The notes beneath the pieces were generated by a model, which was not told where the DNA came from, made no database searches, and saw nothing but the letters and a program-made list of their open reading frames with translations. From Microthyrium microscopicum (taxonomy: Eukaryota), in NCBI GenBank assembly GCA_010405405.1, contig MU004233.1:2768539-2832538 (forward strand): a stretch of DNA of 64,000 nucleotides, written 5' to 3'. Position 1 is the first letter of the stretch; every line of letters starts with the position of its first letter. The position numbers and the translations under genes are program-made. Shown here in pieces: positions 61,001 to 64,000 of the stretch.

Positions 61001-64000
61001 TGTAGTTGCGATGTTGCAGTGCTGTTGTGCTTCCAGGGCGTCCGTGTCAACCGTTAAAAGCTAAGGAAGCTATGCCCAGCTAGGTTAAGCGGATCAGGGG
61101 ATTTAGCGGACGAGCTTGCATAGTCTCATGGAAGGGGACCAACAACTAGTGGCAAAGATGAATGGTCCAAAACATGGGCTTTCACGTTGGTGATACAGCA
61201 CAAAGAGCGCATCCTAGAGCTCATGTTGTTGTTTGAGCTGCGCCGAGGGCGGCCACCAAATCCGGTGGTTGAGGTCGAGTTGCATGGAATCGCCCGATAG
61301 TGGTTACACGACACCAGCAATCCAGAAGTCTGGCTGTATTTGCTACCGCGGCCTGCCTGTCGACTGGCCATGGCTCTCGAGTTGATGCCGGTACCGCACG
61401 GGATGGTGTCCGTGGTTGCTACTCTCACGGCTTGGAGCAGCTAGATGGCGCCAGTTGAGGACTGATCAGGTTGCTCTAGGACTCGAAAGGTCGACTCCGA
61501 CAGGATGGTTTGTACAGAAGGATAACAATGAATGAAAAACAGCAAAGAGAAAAAGACAAGCGAGGTTGGGAGTGGACCAGACATCGATGTCGTCCTTGCA
61601 CAAATAGTAGTGGCTCAGAGAGTCACTTTGATTGGCCACTAAGGGCCAGTTCTACGCCATGATCCATCCAACTACCGTACCGTACCTCTCCACCATCTGA
61701 TCTGATCGCTACTTCCAGTCCTTCCCACTACTGATTCTGTTCAGGCCACGCAGGCTTGCTCTCACTGCATGATACATACATCTCGCCATCTCGTTACTGC
61801 TTGGCTGCCATGTGGGCCGTAGATCAAGAGGCCACGGTCGACAGTAGCATGGGCAAGGGATCCCGCTGCTGCTTGAGTACCTGCATTGTTCTCAGCTGCA
61901 CATTGATCACCCACGTTCATTCAACGCTCTGATTGACCGATCGTCCCGTCTCTATCTATTTGCTATGTTCTACCCCGTCGGTCTTTCGACTCGCCGCGTC
62001 CACGTATTTCGGGTGGGTAGACGCTCTGAGACAGCGAGGCTGCCTGTAAGCACCCGATCGGAGAATATTCTGCGACTTTCGTTGACCCACTCTCCTCTGT
62101 CTATGCTGAACCCCTATGCAGGTTTCCGATGGACAATGATGCGATCTTGCAGCGCCGAGTTCGGCTGGATGATCTGGATGTTTTGATTGCTTTGATGATG
62201 GAGTAATCGGGTTTCTGGAAAGCGCTTTCTACCAAACAAAAAGCAAACATCGAGTCTCCCGGTTTCACTGCATTCGCAACGGCGATTCGAGTCGCCGAAC
62301 TGCAGACATATTTTGACTTTGTCGGTCCGGACCGTTTTGTTTACTTTTTATCCGTCGTAATGCACAGTTGCATTGACCATTTTTTTCTCCTATCGACATT
62401 GATGCCATCCGCTCTGTCCTTGATCCAGTGCTTGGAACTTTCATAGAGTACGTGTCTATCCTGACATGTTTTCGAATACGATGGGAAATATGGCATTTCT
62501 TCTTTAGCAGCGTCGATGAATACCATCGTCGTCTGTGGGCGGGTGCTTATTTGGTTTACCACTACGTTGGCGCCACATCATGCTAGTCCATACTACCTTT
62601 CTAGAATACTTGTCATTGGCTGCCTGAGAAGAATATGTGGGTTGAAGATTTATCTTGTATCTTTACTACATATTGTTCCAACCACACCTCTCATCCCAAA
62701 CTGATTTTCGACTGTCATTAATGATCATTAAACTTTATTGATGAAAAAGCAACCCTGGGTATCTTGGTACATCAAACTTATCACGGAAGCACGGCAGCAT
62801 AAGGCGCTGTGTAAGTATTCATTCTAGTTTCACAATGTAGAGCTACAAGTTCAGCCTTCTGCCAGTACCGTGGGCATTCATACCATCAAGTCGGTATACT
62901 TGTCACAGGCGCAAAACGCTGATTTGATGCAAATTTCTCATTAAACCACATCATGCAACAGTTGACTGGCTGGGTCAAGTTCTTTGTTACATCAACTCGA
63001 TCAGGAGAGGCTTCATGGGTGTGCTCAAAAAGCAAAATGGGCGGATTCTCATCACCCCAATTATTTAGCTCGAGCGTTGAATGTAACGTTTCTCTCCCGT
63101 GTGATATCCGGCCCTTTCGGCAGTATAGCACGTGGAATATATCGTTCTTTGGGGCCGAAAATTATAGCTCCACCTGCATACCAAATTTCGAACGTCTAGA
63201 TCGCCCAATATGTAGCTGGAAATTCTGGAATAATAAAGTTTCTGGTAGTCTTCTCTGACGTTCGCATTAGCGTTCCATGCGGCATATATGCTGCCTATGC
63301 GAAGCTCATCAACACCTCTTCGATCACGATGTCGAAATACTACAGTGACATTCCAACCTTGACATCTACGACCAAAAAGTTTAAACCAAGGAGGTTCACA
63401 AACAAGCATTGCTAACTTAATCAAGCAAACTATCCAAAACTAGCCGGCACTAGAGACACAGTGTTTCTTAATATGGATATTATAGATCATACCCCTTTCG
63501 TCCTCCTGCCATCAGCAATCAGTCCCTGAAGATATGTTGTAGAGAACCATCACATCCAGAACAATCTGATCCATCGGTTACGCCGCATTCAACAGTGTCT
63601 TACTGCCAACCGCTGACACCACGTTTCAACCTCTTGAAGGATGAAGAGATCGAGCCCAGCCGGCCGGTTGAACGGCGACCAAGCTTAGACCTTGTGTTCT
63701 TATTGTTTGTCCAGACAAGCATTTTCAGAGCTACTGACTGGTCCCCAGATTATCGGGACGGATCGTCAGGCGAGAAGTTGGCACCAGAACGTATAGTACA
63801 GGTGTGCAACGCCCTGCCAGCTTCGGACAGTTTTCTCTTACTCTAAGCCCCTTTCGTCAGGCTATTTGCCAACTTGGCCTTTCTGGAGTTAGTTGAAGAC
63901 CTTTTGCTCTTATCATGGCCCAGCTCTGTGCTATTGACCATGGATTTCTTAGAGTTCTAGACCTTGAAGTATTGCTCATTTTAAACATGGCCCTCCATGT

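Noticed and set aside
1..64000. CRISPR arrays, rRNA, telomeric repeats, Starship captain
   Set aside because: None seen: no regularly spaced repeats, rRNA-like sequence, TTAGGG arrays or tyrosine-recombinase ORF.

Overview
Eukaryotic DNA from a filamentous ascomycete (Pezizomycotina-type short introns, GTRAGT/CTRAY/YAG, mostly about 50 nt). Positions 1-39 kb are gene-dense. They carry housekeeping genes (RSM23/DAP3, RRS1, FMN1, IPI1, TFIIB, AFG1), an HMG-box transcription factor, a secreted GMC oxidoreductase, an S10 carboxypeptidase, a BTB protein with long charged disordered arms, a small dsRBD protein and several hypotheticals. Positions 41300-51238 are a complete 9.9-kb Ty3/Gypsy LTR retrotransposon (152-bp LTRs, ATCAG target-site duplication) heavily mutated by RIP. 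Its gag zinc knuckle, -1 slippery site, protease, RT, RNase H and integrase motifs are still readable in register, and about 3.8 kb between the integrase GPY motif and the 3' LTR is unexplained and possibly coding. Beyond it lie SRP102 and an Ndt80-family transcription factor with unusually long introns, then about 6 kb with no recognisable gene. All gene models were built by eye; no database searches were run.
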